From contig NC_086108.1 in assembly GCF_963921235.1 (NCBI RefSeq), positions 78,308,001-78,372,000 of the forward strand: a stretch of DNA of 64,000 nucleotides. The letters are read 5' to 3'. Of this stretch, positions 1 through 13,230 are shown one piece after another; position 1 is the first letter of the stretch; every line of letters begins with the position of its first letter. This DNA comes from Mobula hypostoma (lineage: Eukaryota). Made by a program: the position numbers and the translations under genes. The notes under the pieces are model-generated. The model did no database searches and had not been told where the DNA came from. It saw only the letters and a list, made by a program, of their open reading frames with translations.

Positions 1-1031
1 AGCAGGAGACTGATTGAAGCCTCGGAATTTATAGGATTCTCCCTCCAGATCATACACAATCATGATTTTCCATTCCATTATCGCTGGGTCTAATTCCTAG
101 ATGTACACAACAGTTATGGAAATACTTCCACCAGAAGAACTGTAAGAGTTCAAGGAGGTAACTCATCATCACCTCATCAAGTTCAACTGGGAGTCTTTCC
201 AGCCTCATTTACCAATCCAGATAAACATTTGAATGCAAGACTAGCTTTGCCCACTATCTACAAAAAGTACTTTTGATGATATTCAATTGATTTCTGAGAA
301 TACTGACTTACATACATAGGCGAACTGGAACTAGCCCTTTTCCCCATCCAGCTCGAAGGGGACAAATTATGGAGTTGGAGTTACTTATTATTGCTTGAGT
401 ATTTGTGCGCTTCCACTGGCCTAAATTAGTCATCCTTATTGGTCAGTTTGACTGCGCTGATAGTTCCCCCTTCACACAATGTTGCTGTTATTTTCCACAA
501 TTCTGATCTTCACTCACGTTAAATATCAAATTAGCAAAAGAAAACAAGCAGCAGTGATCATACACCATAAGGCAGAATAAGGATTCTTGGCCTCTTATCA
601 TTTTATCAATAAAAATGAACAATGCTGAAGTCAAATGTTCATGCACATGATACGTGAATGGACAATGAGATGGATTATTATATTTTTCAATTGCTTATCA
701 TAACTACAACTATCCACCACAGACTTTTCAATTAGTCATATATGCCCTCTGTAACACACAAGTGAAAAGAAAGGCAAACCTTCAACCAAATGTTAGAGTG
801 CGGATGTAATGCAAACTCATAGGATTTATATATTTTTTGTTTATTGTATCTTTACATAGAATTATAAAGTCATACAGAAAGGAACCAGACTCTTTAGCCA
901 GACTTGTCCATGTCAACAGCTTTGCCAGTGAGCTAGTCCCATATGCCCATGATTGACCCACAGCCCTCTAAACCTCTTCTGTCCATGTCCTTCTCTTGCT
1001 GTCTTTTAAATGGTGCTAACATACCTGCCTC

Positions 1032-1165
1032 GCTGGGGTCTGATCAGCCCTGGCCAGGTCACCTGGAGGAGGTTGTATGATGTTGAAAGACCCGAAACAC
1101 CCAATGATTCCAGGAACATCACTGAAGGTGTGTCCAGAAGCATCAGTAGATGTATGTACACAGCT
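1032..1165 (+). mobile_element. Short 3'-end fragment of a non-LTR retrotransposon, probably HERO/R2-group, inserted in a minus-strand CR1 3' relic
   Basis: ggtcacctggaggaggttgtatgatgttgaaagacccgaaacacccaatgattccaggaacatcactga resembles the recalled HERO 3' UTR; splits CR1 sequence cctgcctc / agcagctc. Confidence 0.45.
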
Positions 1166-1526
1166 AGCAGCTCAATCCAAATACACACTGCCCTTTGCAT
1201 GAAGAAGCTACCCCGACTTCCCCCTTTAAATTCAAGAAAGGGAGTAGAGATAGCCCAGGAAGTTATAGACAAGTGAGTCTTACTTCAGTGGTTGGTAGGT
1301 TGATGGAGAAGCAGGATTTATGAACATTTGGAGAGGCATAATATGATTAGGAATAGTCAGCATGGCTTTGTCAAAGGCAGATTGTGCCTTACAAGCCTGA
1401 TTGAATTTTTTGAGGATGTGACTAAACACATTGATGGAGGTAGAGCAGTAGATGTAGTGAATATGGATTTCAGTAAGGCATTTGATAAGGTACCCCATGC
1501 AAGGCTTATTGAGAAAGTAAGGAGGC

Positions 1527-4337
1527 TTGCAAGGGGTGGCATAGAATCAGGAGATGTAGAGTCAGTATGAATAGAACTGAGTAAGGGCAAAAAGACCCTA
1601 ATGGGAGTTATCTACAGGCCCCCAAACAGTAGCCTGGATATAAGGTGCAAGTTGAATCAAGAGTTAAAATTGGCATGTCGCAAAGGTAATGCGACAGTTG
1701 TTATGGGGGATTTCAACATGCAGGTAGACTGGGAAAATCAGGTTGGTACTGGACCCCAAGAAAGGGAGTTTGTGGAGTGCCTCCGAGATGGATTCTTAGA
1801 ACAGCTTGTACTGGAGCCTACCAGGGAGAAGGCAATTCTGGATCTTGTGTTGTGTAATGAACCGGATTTGATAAGGGAACTTGAGGTAAAGGGGCCATCA
1901 GGAGGTAGTGACCATAATATGATAAGTTTTAATCTACAATTTGAGAGGGAGAAGGGAAGATCGGAAGTGTCAGTATTACAGTTGAACAAAGGGGACTATG
2001 GACACATGAGGGAGGAGCTGGCAAAAGTTGACTGGAAAGATACCCTAGCAGGGATGACAGTGGAACAACAATGGCAGGTATTTCTGGGAATAATACAGAA
2101 AGTGTAGGATCAGTTCATTCCAAAGAGGAAGAAAGATTCTAAGGGGAGTAAGGGGCAACCATGGCTGACAAGGGAAGTCAAGGACAGTATAAAAATAAAA
2201 GAGAAGTATAATATAGCAAAGACGAGTGGGAAGCCAGAGGATTGGGAAACTTTTAAAGAGCAACAGAAGATAACTAAAAAGGCAATACAGGGTGAAAAGA
2301 TGAGGTACGAAGGTAAGCTAGCTAAGAATATAAAGGAGGATAGTAAAAGCTTCTTTAGGTGTGTGAAGAGAAAAAAATTAGTTAAGACCAAAGTTGGGCT
2401 CTTGAAGACAGAAACGGGTGAATTTATTATGGGGGAAAAAGAAATGGCAGATGAGTTGAAGAGGTACTTTGGATCTGTCTTCACTAGGGAAGACACAAAC
2501 AATCTCCCAGATGTAATAGTGGCCAGAGGACCTAGGGTAAAGGAGGAACTGAAGGAAATTCACATTAGGCAGGAAATGGTGTTGGATAGACTGTTGGGTC
2601 TGAAGGCTGATAAATCCCTAGGGCCTGATGGTCTGCATCCCAGGGTACTTAAGGAGGTGGCTCTTGAAATTATGGAAGCATTGGTAATCACTTTCCAATG
2701 TTCTATAGATTCAGGATCAGTTCCTGTGGATTGGAGGGGAGCTAATGTTATCCCACTTTTTAAGAAAGGAGGGAGGGAAAAAACAGGGAATTATAGACCA
2801 GCTAGCCTGACATCAGTGGTGGGGAAGTTGCTGGAGTCAATTATAAAAGATGAAATAGCGGCACATTTGGATGCAGTGATAGGATTGGTCCGAGTCAGCA
2901 TGGATTTACGGAGGGGAAATCATGCTTGACTAATCTTCTGGAATTTTTTGAGGATGTAACTATGAAAATGGACAAGGGAGAGCCAGTGGCTGTAGTGTAC
3001 CTGGACTTTCAGAAAGCCTTTGTTAAGGTCCCACATAGGAGATTAGTGTGCAAAATTAGAGCAAATAGTATTGGGGGTAGGGTACTGACATGGAAAGAAA
3101 ATTGGTTGGCAGACAGGAAACAAAGAGTAGGGATTAATGGGTCCCTTTCAGAATAGCAGGCAGTGACTAGTGGGGTACCGCAAGGCTCGGTGCTGGGACT
3201 GCAGCTATTTACAATATACATTAATGATTTAGATGAAGGTATTAAAAGTAACATTAGTAAATTTGCAGCGAAAACAAAGCTGGGTGGCAGTGTGAAATGT
3301 GAGGAGGATGTTATGAGAATGCAGGGTGACTTGGACAGGTTGGGTGAGTGGGCAGATGCATGGCAGATGCAGTTTAATGTGGATAAATGTGAGGTTATCC
3401 ACTTTGGTGGTAAGAACAAGAAGGCAGATTACACAAAGCTGGGTGGCAGTGTGAAATGTGAGGAGGATGTTATGAGAATGCAGGGTGACTTGGACAGGCT
3501 GGGTGAGTGGGCAGTTGCAGTTTAATGTGGATAAATGTGAGGTTATCCACTTTGGTGGCAAGAACAAGAAGGCAGATTACTATCTGAATGGTGTCATGTT
3601 AGGAAAAGGGGAAGCACAACGAGATCTAGGTGTTCTTGTACATCAGTCACTGAAAGCAAACATGCAAGTACAGCAGGCTGTGAAGAAAGCTAATGGCATG
3701 CTGGCCTTCATAACAAGGGGAGTTGAGTATAGGAGCAAAGAGGTCCTTCTGCAGTTGTACAGGGCCCTGGTGAGACCACACCTGGAGTATTATGTGCCGT
3801 TTTGGTCTCCAAATTTGAGGAAGGATATTCTTGCTATTGAGGGAGTGCAGCATAGGTTCACAAGGTTAATTCCCAGGATGTTGGGACTGTCATATGTTGA
3901 AAGATTGGAGCAATTAGGCTTGTATACACTGGAATTTAGAAGGATGAGAGGGGCTCTGATTGAAACATGTAAGATTATTAATGGATTGGACACGCTAGAG
4001 GCAGGAAATATGTTCCTGATGTTGGGGGAGTCCAGAACCAGAGGCCACAGCTTAAGAATACGGGGTAGGCCATTTAGAACGGAGTTGAGGAAAAACTTTT
4101 TCACCCAGAGGGTTGTGGATCTGTGGAATGCTCTGCCTCAGAAGGCAGTGGAGGCCAATTCTATGGATGCTTTCAAGAAAGCATTAGATAGAGCTCGTAA
4201 AGATAGTGGAGTCAAGGGATAGGGGGAGAAGGCAGGAACAGGGTACTGATTGTGGATGATCAGCCATGATCACAGTGAATGGTGGTGCTGGCTCGAAGGG
4301 CCGAATGGCCTACTCCTGCACCTATTGTCTATTGTCT
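1527..4337 (+). mobile_element. CR1 LINE family B (APE endonuclease C-half, RT, 3' UTR) nested in family A; ORF2 disrupted
   Basis: GVIYRPP, VMGDFN, LDLVL, SDHN; GPDGLHPRVLKE, NYRP, DFQKAF, GVPQGSVLG; (CTATTGT)n tail. Confidence 0.95.
3274..3580 (+). repeat. Tandem duplication of a 159-bp RT segment (3274-3432 and 3433-3580; second copy lacks 11 bp)
   Basis: acaaagctgggtggcagtgtgaaatgtgagg...ggcagattac occurs twice head-to-tail. Confidence 0.95.
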
Positions 4338-5577
4338 ATCCAAGGGGACACTGCTTTGTGGATCCAGAACTGGCTTGCCCACAGAAGGCAAAGAGCGGTT
4401 GTAAACGGGTCATATTCTGCATGGTGGTCGGTGACCAGTGGTGTGCCTCAGGGATCTGTTCTGGGACTCCAACTCTTCGTAGGAAGTGGAGGGATGGGTT
4501 AGTAAATTTGCTGATGACACAAAGGTTGGAGGTGTTGTGGATAGTGTGGAGGGCTATCAGAGGTTACAGCGGAACATTGATAGGATGCAAAACTGGGCTG
4601 AGAAGTGGCAGATGGAGTTCAACCCAGATAAGTGTGAGGTGGTTCATTTTGGTAGGTCAAATATGATGGCAGAATATAGTATTAATGGTAAGACTCTTGA
4701 CAGTGTGGAAGATCAGAGAGATCTTGGGGTCTGAGTCCATCGGACACTCAAAGCTGCTGCACAGGTTGATTCTGTGGTTAAGAAGGCATACGATGCATTG
4801 GCTTTCATCAACCGTGGGATTGAGTTTAAGAGCTGAGAGGTAATGTTGCAGCTATATCGGACCCTGGTCAGACCCCACTTAGAGTACTGTGCTCAGTTCT
4901 GGTCGCCTCACTACAAGAAGGATGTGGAAACCATAGAAAGGATGCAGGAGAGATTTACAAGGATGTTGCCTGGATTGGGGAGCATGCCTTATGAGAATAG
5001 GTTGAGTGAAATCGGCCTTTTCTCCTTGGAGTGACGGAGGATGAGAGGCATTGATTGTGTGGATAGACAGAGGCTTTTTCCCAGGGCTGGAATGCCTAGC
5101 ACAAGAGGGCAGAATTTTAAGGTGCTTGGAAGTAGATACAGAGGAGATGTCAGGGTTAAGTTTTTTTACGCAGACAGTGGTGAGTGTGTGGAATGGGCGG
5201 CCGGCAACGTTGGTGGAGGCAGATACAATAGGGTCTTTTAAGAGACTCCTGGAGCTTAGAAAAATAGAGGGCTATGGGTAACCCTAGGTAATTTCTCAGG
5301 TAAGGACATATTTGGCACAGCTTTGTGGGCCGAATGGCATGTATTGTGCTGTACATTTTCTATGTTTCTATCTAACTTGTCTCTGACCTTAAACCTATGC
5401 CTTCTTGTGTTTAGCATCTCCTCTCTGGAAAAAAAGATATGTGCTTTCACCATGTCTGTGCCTCCCATGATTTCACACATCTCTATCAGGTCACCCCTCA
5501 ATCTCTTATGTTCTCAGGAGCAAAGCCCCACTCTCCTTGTAAACCAAACCCCCAAAGTCTAAGTAACGTTCTGGATA

Positions 5578-5696
5578 TCTAGAGCATCACATAATATGTT
5601 GGAGGAAATCAGCAGGTCAGACAGAATCTAGATGTAATTCGCATCTAGATGCTGCCTGACCTGCTGAGTTCCTCTAGCATTTTGTTGTTTTTATCC
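5578..5696. mobile_element. Fold-back mini element made of two inverted Penelope terminal segments
   Basis: Arms 5596-5634 and 5642-5680 are complementary at 34/39 positions; motif gaggaactcagcagg.caggcagcatct is shared with PLE ends near 15350 and 28160. Confidence 0.75.
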
Positions 5697-5855
5697 TTCT
5701 GATAAACCCTTTCTGCACTCTTTCCTATAACGAGATAACCAAAACTGAACATGATACTCCAACGTCTTATATAACTACAGCATAATTTCCCAGATTCCAT
5801 ACTCATCGCTCTAACTAAGAAGGCCAGTGTGCCGAAAGCCTTTTTCACTACCTTT

Positions 5856-6532
5856 GAAGGCAAATGCAATGTTAACATTCATTTTGAGAGGGGAAGAATA
5901 TAAAAGCAAGGATGTAATGGTGAGATTATGTAAGGCATTGGTCAGTCATGATTTGGAGTATCATGAGCAGTTTTGGGGCCCATATCTAAGAAAGGTTAAG
6001 CTGCTGTGTAGAGGGTCCAGAGGAAGTTTATGAGAATGATCCCAAGAACAAAAGGGTTTCCCCAGGGATCAATAAAGTATGACTATGACTATTAATGTAT
6101 AAGGAGCGTTTAATGGCTTTGACCATATTCCCTGAAAGAATGGGGTGGGGGGAGGGGGGGAATCTCTTTGAAATCTAGCAAATATTTAAAGTCCTAGACA
6201 GGGTGGATGTGGAAACAATGTTTCAATATTGGGTGTGTCTAGGACCAGAGGGCACAGACTCAAAATAGAAGGATGCCCCTTTATAACAGAGGTGAGGAGG
6301 AATATATTTAGCCTGAGGACACTGAATCTGCAGAATTCATTGCTGCAGACAGATGTGGAAAGCAAGTCACTGGGTATATTTATAGAGATTGATATTAGTA
6401 AGGGCATCAAAGGTTATGAGGAGATAACAGGAGAATGAGGTTGAGAGGAAAAATAAAGCAGCCGCAATTGAATGGAGGAGCGGACTCACTGGGCCAAATG
6501 GCCTAATTCTGCTCCTACATCTTATGGTCTAT
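5856..6532 (+). mobile_element. CR1 3' fragment, decayed
   Basis: KANAML...EYKSKDVM, SRTRGHRLKI, CR1 3' UTR gggccaaatggcctaattctgctcct. Confidence 0.85.
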
Positions 6533-7091
6533 GAACAGCACTGGCTAGAACTTAGAGAATGAGAAGAGGAGCAGGTAAAAATTAAATAATCATCAGGAAA
6601 GATTTTCACAGATGGTTTCCTTTGGCTGGAGCAACTCAAACTAGACCCAGGATAGGAATGGTTTCAAATCTTTTGCATTCTCTACACCAGATAATTGTAA
6701 ATCCTCAGCTGGTCAAGTCAAGGTAAGTGAATTTTGATTAGAGAAGTTTAGAGCAGAGAAATTAACTTGATGCAGTAGTTAATGTACAAGATTCATCAAA
6801 AATGATTGCAATATCCACCCATAGCTCATAGCACCGTTTTCTTCCCTCTGGTCTTTCCATTATTCATTTTTATTGTTCCTTTGCTAATTTTCTATCCACT
6901 GTCATTTTATTCCATGTACTTCACTTAATTATAATACACTTCAAGAGATAGCATCAAGCATCAAGTAACACTATTAAAACTCATGCTATCTTTAACTGAT
7001 TTATAGCACTTGCCTGCCACCCAGTGGTCTCTCTGTGTTTTACTGCTCTTTTTAGCTTTCATTGTGGAAAAAATACAGCTGTGGGAATCCT

Positions 7092-7275
7092 GAAAACAGA
7101 AACAAAAGTGTTGAGAACTCCCAGCATCTGAGACAGAAACAGAGTTAAACTTACGGATGAATAACATTTCTTCAGAAGTCTTCCAAGTTTTGATGCGGAT
7201 TCGTTAACTTGAAACATTAATTCTTCCTCTCTCCGCAATAGCTCACAGTTTAATTTAGATTACCCAGCATCTGCA
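7092..7275. mobile_element. Old PLE-derived short element with decayed hammerhead-like motif
   Basis: cagcatctg at both ends; ttttgatgc...ttgaaacattaa resembles CTGATGA...GAAAC GTT AAC. Confidence 0.4.
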
Positions 7276-7611
7276 TTGAAGCTTCAAAGGTGATACACGA
7301 CAGCAGCAAAGAAAGAAAAGGGGAAGCACAGTCTTTTAACTATATTATCCACGTTTTATCATTGCTGTTTCATTTCTCTCTCTTGACATCCAGAATAACT
7401 TACCTCTGCTCCAGTTCTGAGGATTCTGAAGCCAATGAGGGAGATGCAGGTGGGGCAGGACATGCCCAACAATATGAAAGGTGGTACGTTCCCTCTGCCA
7501 TTCCGTTGGGCTTCCACATGCACAAGAGAATGCACAACTGAATGCTCCATCTTCACTTTGGTCTATGATGGGCCAGGGTTTCTCACGTTTTTCTTGAAGA
7601 CTTTTAAAGTC

Positions 7612-10600
7612 AGAGTCACAGAGTCATAGAAAAGTGCAGCACAGAAACAGGCCCATTGGCTCATCTAGTCCATGACAAAACCATTTAAATTGCCTACTCC
7701 CATCGACCTGCACCAGGACCATAGCACTCCATACCCCTACCAAACTTCATTTAAACGTTGAAGTTGAGCTTGCATGCACCATTTGTGCTGGCAGCTCATT
7801 CCACACTCTCACAACCCTCTGAGTGAAGAAGTTTCCCCTCATATTCCCCTTAAACTTTTCAACACTCACCCTTAACTAATGACCTCTGGTTGTATTCCCA
7901 CACGACCTCAGTGGAAAATGTCTGTTTGCATTTACCCTATTTATATCCTTCATAATTTTGTATACCTCTATCAAACCTTCTTGCAGTCCTGTACGCTCTA
8001 AGGAATAAGGTCCTAACCTACTCAATCTTTCCTTGTACCTTAGATCCTACAGGAACAGCAACATTTTCTCCATTCTCTTTCAACCTTATTTACATCTTTC
8101 CTGAGGTGACCAAAACTGCACACAATACTCCAAATTAGGCCTCACCAAAGTCTTACACAACTTCAACATAACATCCCATCTCCTGTACTCAATACATTGA
8201 TTTATGAAGGTCAATGTGCCGAAAGCTTTCATTATGACCCTATCTACCTGCGACACCACTTTCAACAAATTATGGACCTGTATTCCCGGATCCCTTTGTT
8301 CTACTGCACTCCTGGGTGCTCTACTGTTCACTGTGTAAGACCTGCCCTGGTTGATCCTACCGAAGTGCAGCACTTCACACTTGTCTGCATTAAATTCCAT
8401 TTGCCCCTTCTCAGCCTATTTTTCCAGCTGATCCAGATCCCTCTGCAAGCCATGATAGTCTTCCTTGCTGACTATTACAGCCCCAATTTTGGTGTCATCT
8501 GCAAATTTGTTGATCTAGTAGATCTTTGATATTTTTGACAAACAACAACAGACCCAGCACCAAACCCTGCAGCACTTCACTAGACACAGGCCTCCAGTCA
8601 GAGAGGCAACCATCTACTACAATCCAATTTACTACCTCATCTTGAATGCTAAGCGACCAAACCTTCTTGATCAACCTCTTATGCAGGACCTTGTTCAATG
8701 CCTTGCTAAAGTCCACATAGGCAATGTCCACTGCCTTGCTTTCATCCACTTTCCTGGTAACTTCCTTGAAAAACTCTAAAAGATTGAGTAGATATGACCT
8801 ACCATGCATGAAGCTGACTATCCTTAATCAATTCATGTCTATCCAAATACTTATATATCAGGTCCCTTAGAATACCTCCCAATAACTTTTCCACTACTGA
8901 TGTCGGGCTCACCAGCCTATAATTTCCTGGTTTATGTTTAGAGACTTTCTTAAACAGGAGAACAACACTGGCTATCCTCCAATCCTCTGGTACTTCTCCT
9001 GTCACGTAAGATGATTTAAATATCTCTGCTAGGGCCCCGGCAATTTCTGCATTTGCCTCCCATAAGATCCAAGGAACACCTTGCCAGGCCCTGAGGATTT
9101 ATCCACCCTGATTTTCCTCAAGACAGCAAACACTTCCTCCTCTGTAATCCGTATAGGGTCCTTGACATTGATGCCACTTTGCCTCACTTCTATATTCTCC
9201 GTGTCTGTTTCCCGAGTAAATACAGATGTAAAAACAATACTTCAGATCTCCCTTCATCTCTTTCAGCTCCACACATGGATGACTATTTTGACCCTCCCGA
9301 GCACCAATTTTGCCCCTTGCAATCCTTCTGCTCTTAACATATCTGTAGAATCCCTTAGGATTCTCCTTCACCTTCTCTGCTAGGGCATCCTCATGCCTTC
9401 TTTTGGCCCTCCTGATTTCTTTCTTAAGTATTCTCTTGCATTTTTTATACATTATAATTACCTGATTTATTCTTATCTGTCACTACCTGCTATGCAACTC
9501 CTTTTGTTTTCTTCACTAGGGCTTCAATATCTCTTGAAAACCAAGGTTCTCCACACCTGTTATGTTTGCGTTTTATTCTGACAGGCACGTACAAGCTTTA
9601 TATTCTCAAAAAATCTCTTTTGTTGGCCTCCCACTTACCAAGTACACCTTTGCTAGAAAGCAGCCTGTCCCAATTGACACTTGCCAGATAATTTCTGATA
9701 TAATCAAATAGGCCTTTCTTCGATCTAGAATCTCAATGACCAGACCTATCTTTTTGCATGTTTACTTTGAAACTAATGGCATTGTGATCACTAGATGCAA
9801 AGTGTTCCCCTACACAAACTTCTGTCACCTGCCCTGTCTTATTCCCTAATAACAGATCAAGTATTGCACACTCTCTCTTTGGGACTTCTATGCACTGATC
9901 AAGGAAACTTTCCTCAACATATCTGGTAAACTCTATCCCATCTAGTTCTTTTACAGTATGAGAGTCCCAGTCAATATGTGGAAAGTTAAAACCACCTACT
10001 ATAACAACCTTATGTTTCTTGTAACAGTCTGCAATCTCTCTACAAATCTGTTTATCTCAATCCCTCAGACTTTTGGGTGGTCTGTGATATAGCCCCATTA
10101 ATGTGGTCATACCTTTCTCCTTTCTCAGTTCCACCTATAACAAACACCTCACTAGACAAGTTCTCCAGTCTGTCTTAACTAAGCACTGCTGTGACATATT
10201 CCCTGATTAGTAACACCATCCCCCCTTCTTTGATCCTTCCCGCTCTGTCACATCTAAAACAAAGGAATCCTGGAATACTGAGCTGCCAGTCCTGCCCCTC
10301 CTGTAACCAACTGTCACTAATAGCAACAGTATCATAATTCCAAATGTTGACAGATGCCCTGAGCTCATCCGCCATTCCTACGATACTTCTTGCATTGAAA
10401 TATACACAGTTCAGGACACTGGTCACACCATGCTTAACCTTTTGATTCCTGACTTTATCTGAGGTCTTTCCCGAATATGTGTCCACAACCAACTCTCCAC
10501 TAACTGTTCTGGCACTCTGGCTTCAATTTCCCTGCAACTCTAGTTAAAACCCTACCATACAACACAAGCAAACTTCTCGCTAAGATATTATTCCCCTTCC

Positions 10601-11650
10601 AGTTCAGGGGCAAACTCCCTCTTCTGTACCGGTTGCACCTTCCCTGGAAGAGAGTCCAATGATCCAAAAATCTTATGCCCTCCCTCCTACACCAACTCCT
10701 TAGCCATGTGTTAAGCTGTATAATCTTCCTATTCCTGGCTTCACTAGCACGTGGCAAGGGTAGCAATACTGAGACCAAACCCTAGAGGTCCAGCCCTCTA
10801 ACTTAGCACCTAACTCCCTGAACTCCCTTTGCACCTACATGGACCACAATCTCTGGCTGTTCAACCTCCCACTTAAGAATGTTAAGAACTGAATCTGAGA
10901 TGTCCCGGACCCTGGCACCCAGAAGGCAATGTGCCATATGGGAATCTTGTTCTTGTCCACAGAACCTCCTTTCTGTTCCCCTAACTTGCCTCTTCTCCCT
11001 CTTTCGCAGAGTCAGATTCAGTGCCAGAGACCTGACCGTTATGACTTCCCTCTGCTAGGTCACCACCCTCAACAGTATCCAAAGTGTCGTTGAGTGGGAT
11101 GGCCACAGGGCTACTCTGCACTGGCACTTTAACCTCTTTCCCCTTCCTGACTGTCACCAGTCTCATGTGTCCTGCACCTTGGGTGTAACTGCCTCTCTCT
11201 CTGTCATATCTATCACACCCTCAGCCTCTTGAATGATCCGGAGTTCATCCAGTTCCAGTTCCAACACCTTAATGCAGATTGTTAGAAGCTGCAGCTGGAT
11301 GCACTTCTCACAAGTGTAGTTGTCAGGGACACTGTAAGTCTCCCTGCCTGCCCACATCCTGCAAGAGGAGCATTCCACTATCGCGCCTGGCATTTCTACT
11401 GTTCCAACTGAGCAAATGTAAAGAAGGGGAACAAAAGCTCCCTCTACAGCCTTTTTGCCTTCTCTGACTGAAACCTCTCCTTGCTGAAACCTCGAGTAGC
11501 TAAGCCTCAAAATCTCCACTCTAACTCTGTCCACTCTGAAGATGACTACTCTGTTTGGCCCTGCCTTACTTTAATTTGTAATCCCAAACACTGATTGGTT
11601 GCTGCTCAAAACTCCAAAACTGCCGTGAGTTGCTGCCTTTTCTACTCGAT
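7612..11650 (-). mobile_element. Near full-length decayed CR1 LINE: 5' UTR, ORF1 (Cys motif, coiled coil, SGNH esterase), ORF2 (APE and RT)
   Basis: ORF1 VECSSCRMW...CEKCIQLQLL and LNTWLRSWCRREGIRFLDHW; ORF2 CVYFNARSI, EVPEDWRIA, DFSKA, MEFNADKCEVLHFG; (ATGACTCT)-like tail. Confidence 0.93.
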
Positions 11651-12394
11651 CAGTAAACCCACATGAAATGTGTCTTCTCAGGCTTCCGATTGTCCAAATG
11701 GCCCTGCTCAAAGTCATTTTTGTTAAACGTTAATGGTATTATGATTTACTTTGGTGAATTCAGTAAGTTTAAAGGGAGTGTGACAAACTCTCAAGTATTA
11801 AAAGGGAGTGCAGAAACAGGGCTATGGTGTGGGAGTGTGGGACCAGATCCTGATCTGACCAAGGGAGCACAAGAAGAAAAACCATGATGTGACAAAAGGT
11901 GGTTGCAAACCAGAGCCTAGTGTGTTAAAGGAAGTGTAGGTGTCTGGCGAGAGACATGTGCTGAACCCTCAGTACTGGGAGTGTTGAAGTGGGAAGTGAG
12001 GCTGCCATGACTTGCTTCTCCTTCCAGTAGATTAATCGTATTTTGCACAACGTTGGTGCTACTACTCCACTGTTTTAAGGTTTCCACTGTTGGTATTTTT
12101 GTGACTCAGAAGGAGAATAAACCATGAACTTTGTATTGGATTTGAGGTGTTAATTTTCATACGCTCTGCTCAGATGCCCCAAAATTGTGTTGATGCACAG
12201 CAGTTGTAACTGCAACACTGCATTCTGCACTCGTTTTGACTTTTTATGGTCAGTGAGTCACTTTGGGATCACACTGACCAGAATCGTATTAATTTTTAAA
12301 TACTCATGATGGAAAATAAAAAGACACAAGTTCAAGTTCTAAAATGACAGAGACAAATTTGATTGAATTAGGCAGGAACTTGCAAAGATTGATG

Positions 12395-13210
12395 AGGAGA
12401 GACCATTTGCAGGCTCATCACCAACAACAGTGAGATGGCCAACAGAGGAAGAACTCGAGGCCTGGTGCCAGGCAGATAACCTCTTTTTTAATGTCAACAA
12501 GTCAACAGAGATGGTTATTGACTTCGGGAGAACTCGCATCTCATAGCACTTTCATACTCGTGACAGTGCACATCACACACAACGTCTCATGGTCCCAGAA
12601 CTCATCTGAAGAGAGCTGGATTTTGCACATCCATACACACACCATTCTACAGACAGCATCTTAACAAGCTTGGTACATCCTACTGCTGGGGATGGAAACT
12701 GCACTGTGGCAGACATGAAAGCTCTACAACGGGTAGTCCAAGCTGCCCAGCACAACACTGGCACCAGCCTACCTGTCTTAAAGGACATATATACAGAAAG
12801 GTGTGGTAAAAAGGGCCAGTTACGTCATGAAAGATCTGGCCCACCCAGTTCATGGACTGTTGTTCCACCACCATCATGGAGGAGGCTATGAGCATCCATG
12901 CCAGGACCACCAGACTCAAAAGCAGTTACTTTCCCAAGCTGTAATGATGATCAACCCTTCATCCACTAACTCACTACTTCTTTATTATTTCCTGTCACTC
13001 ACCTTATGTACAGCCAGCGTCACTTTTTGAACATACAGTACAATAAATTTATGTACATCAGCTATCATATGTATTCATATTTATTGTGTTTTTTATTATT
13101 ATTACTGTGTTTTTAAATCATTTTTTGAGCTGTATTGGATCCAGAGTATCAATTGATTTGTCCTCTTTTATGTACACTTGAGTACAGGAAATGACATTAA
13201 ACAATCTTGA
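12395..13210 (+). mobile_element. Rex1/Babar LINE 3' fragment
   Basis: WCQADNLFFNVNKSTEMVIDF; KALQRVVQAAQH; HPVHGL; 3' aaacaatcttgaatct. Confidence 0.75.
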
Positions 13211-13230
13211 ATCTCCAATGGATTATAAAT

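Larger units (their letters stand above)
1236..5367 (+). mobile_element. CR1 LINE family A, 5'-truncated RT plus 3' UTR (1236-1526 and 4338-5367), split by a nested CR1
   Basis: SQHGFVKGR...[11 protein letters not shown] resumes as IQGDTALWIQNWLAHRRQR...SGVPQGSVLG...KFADD; tail ttctatgtttctat. Confidence 0.92.
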
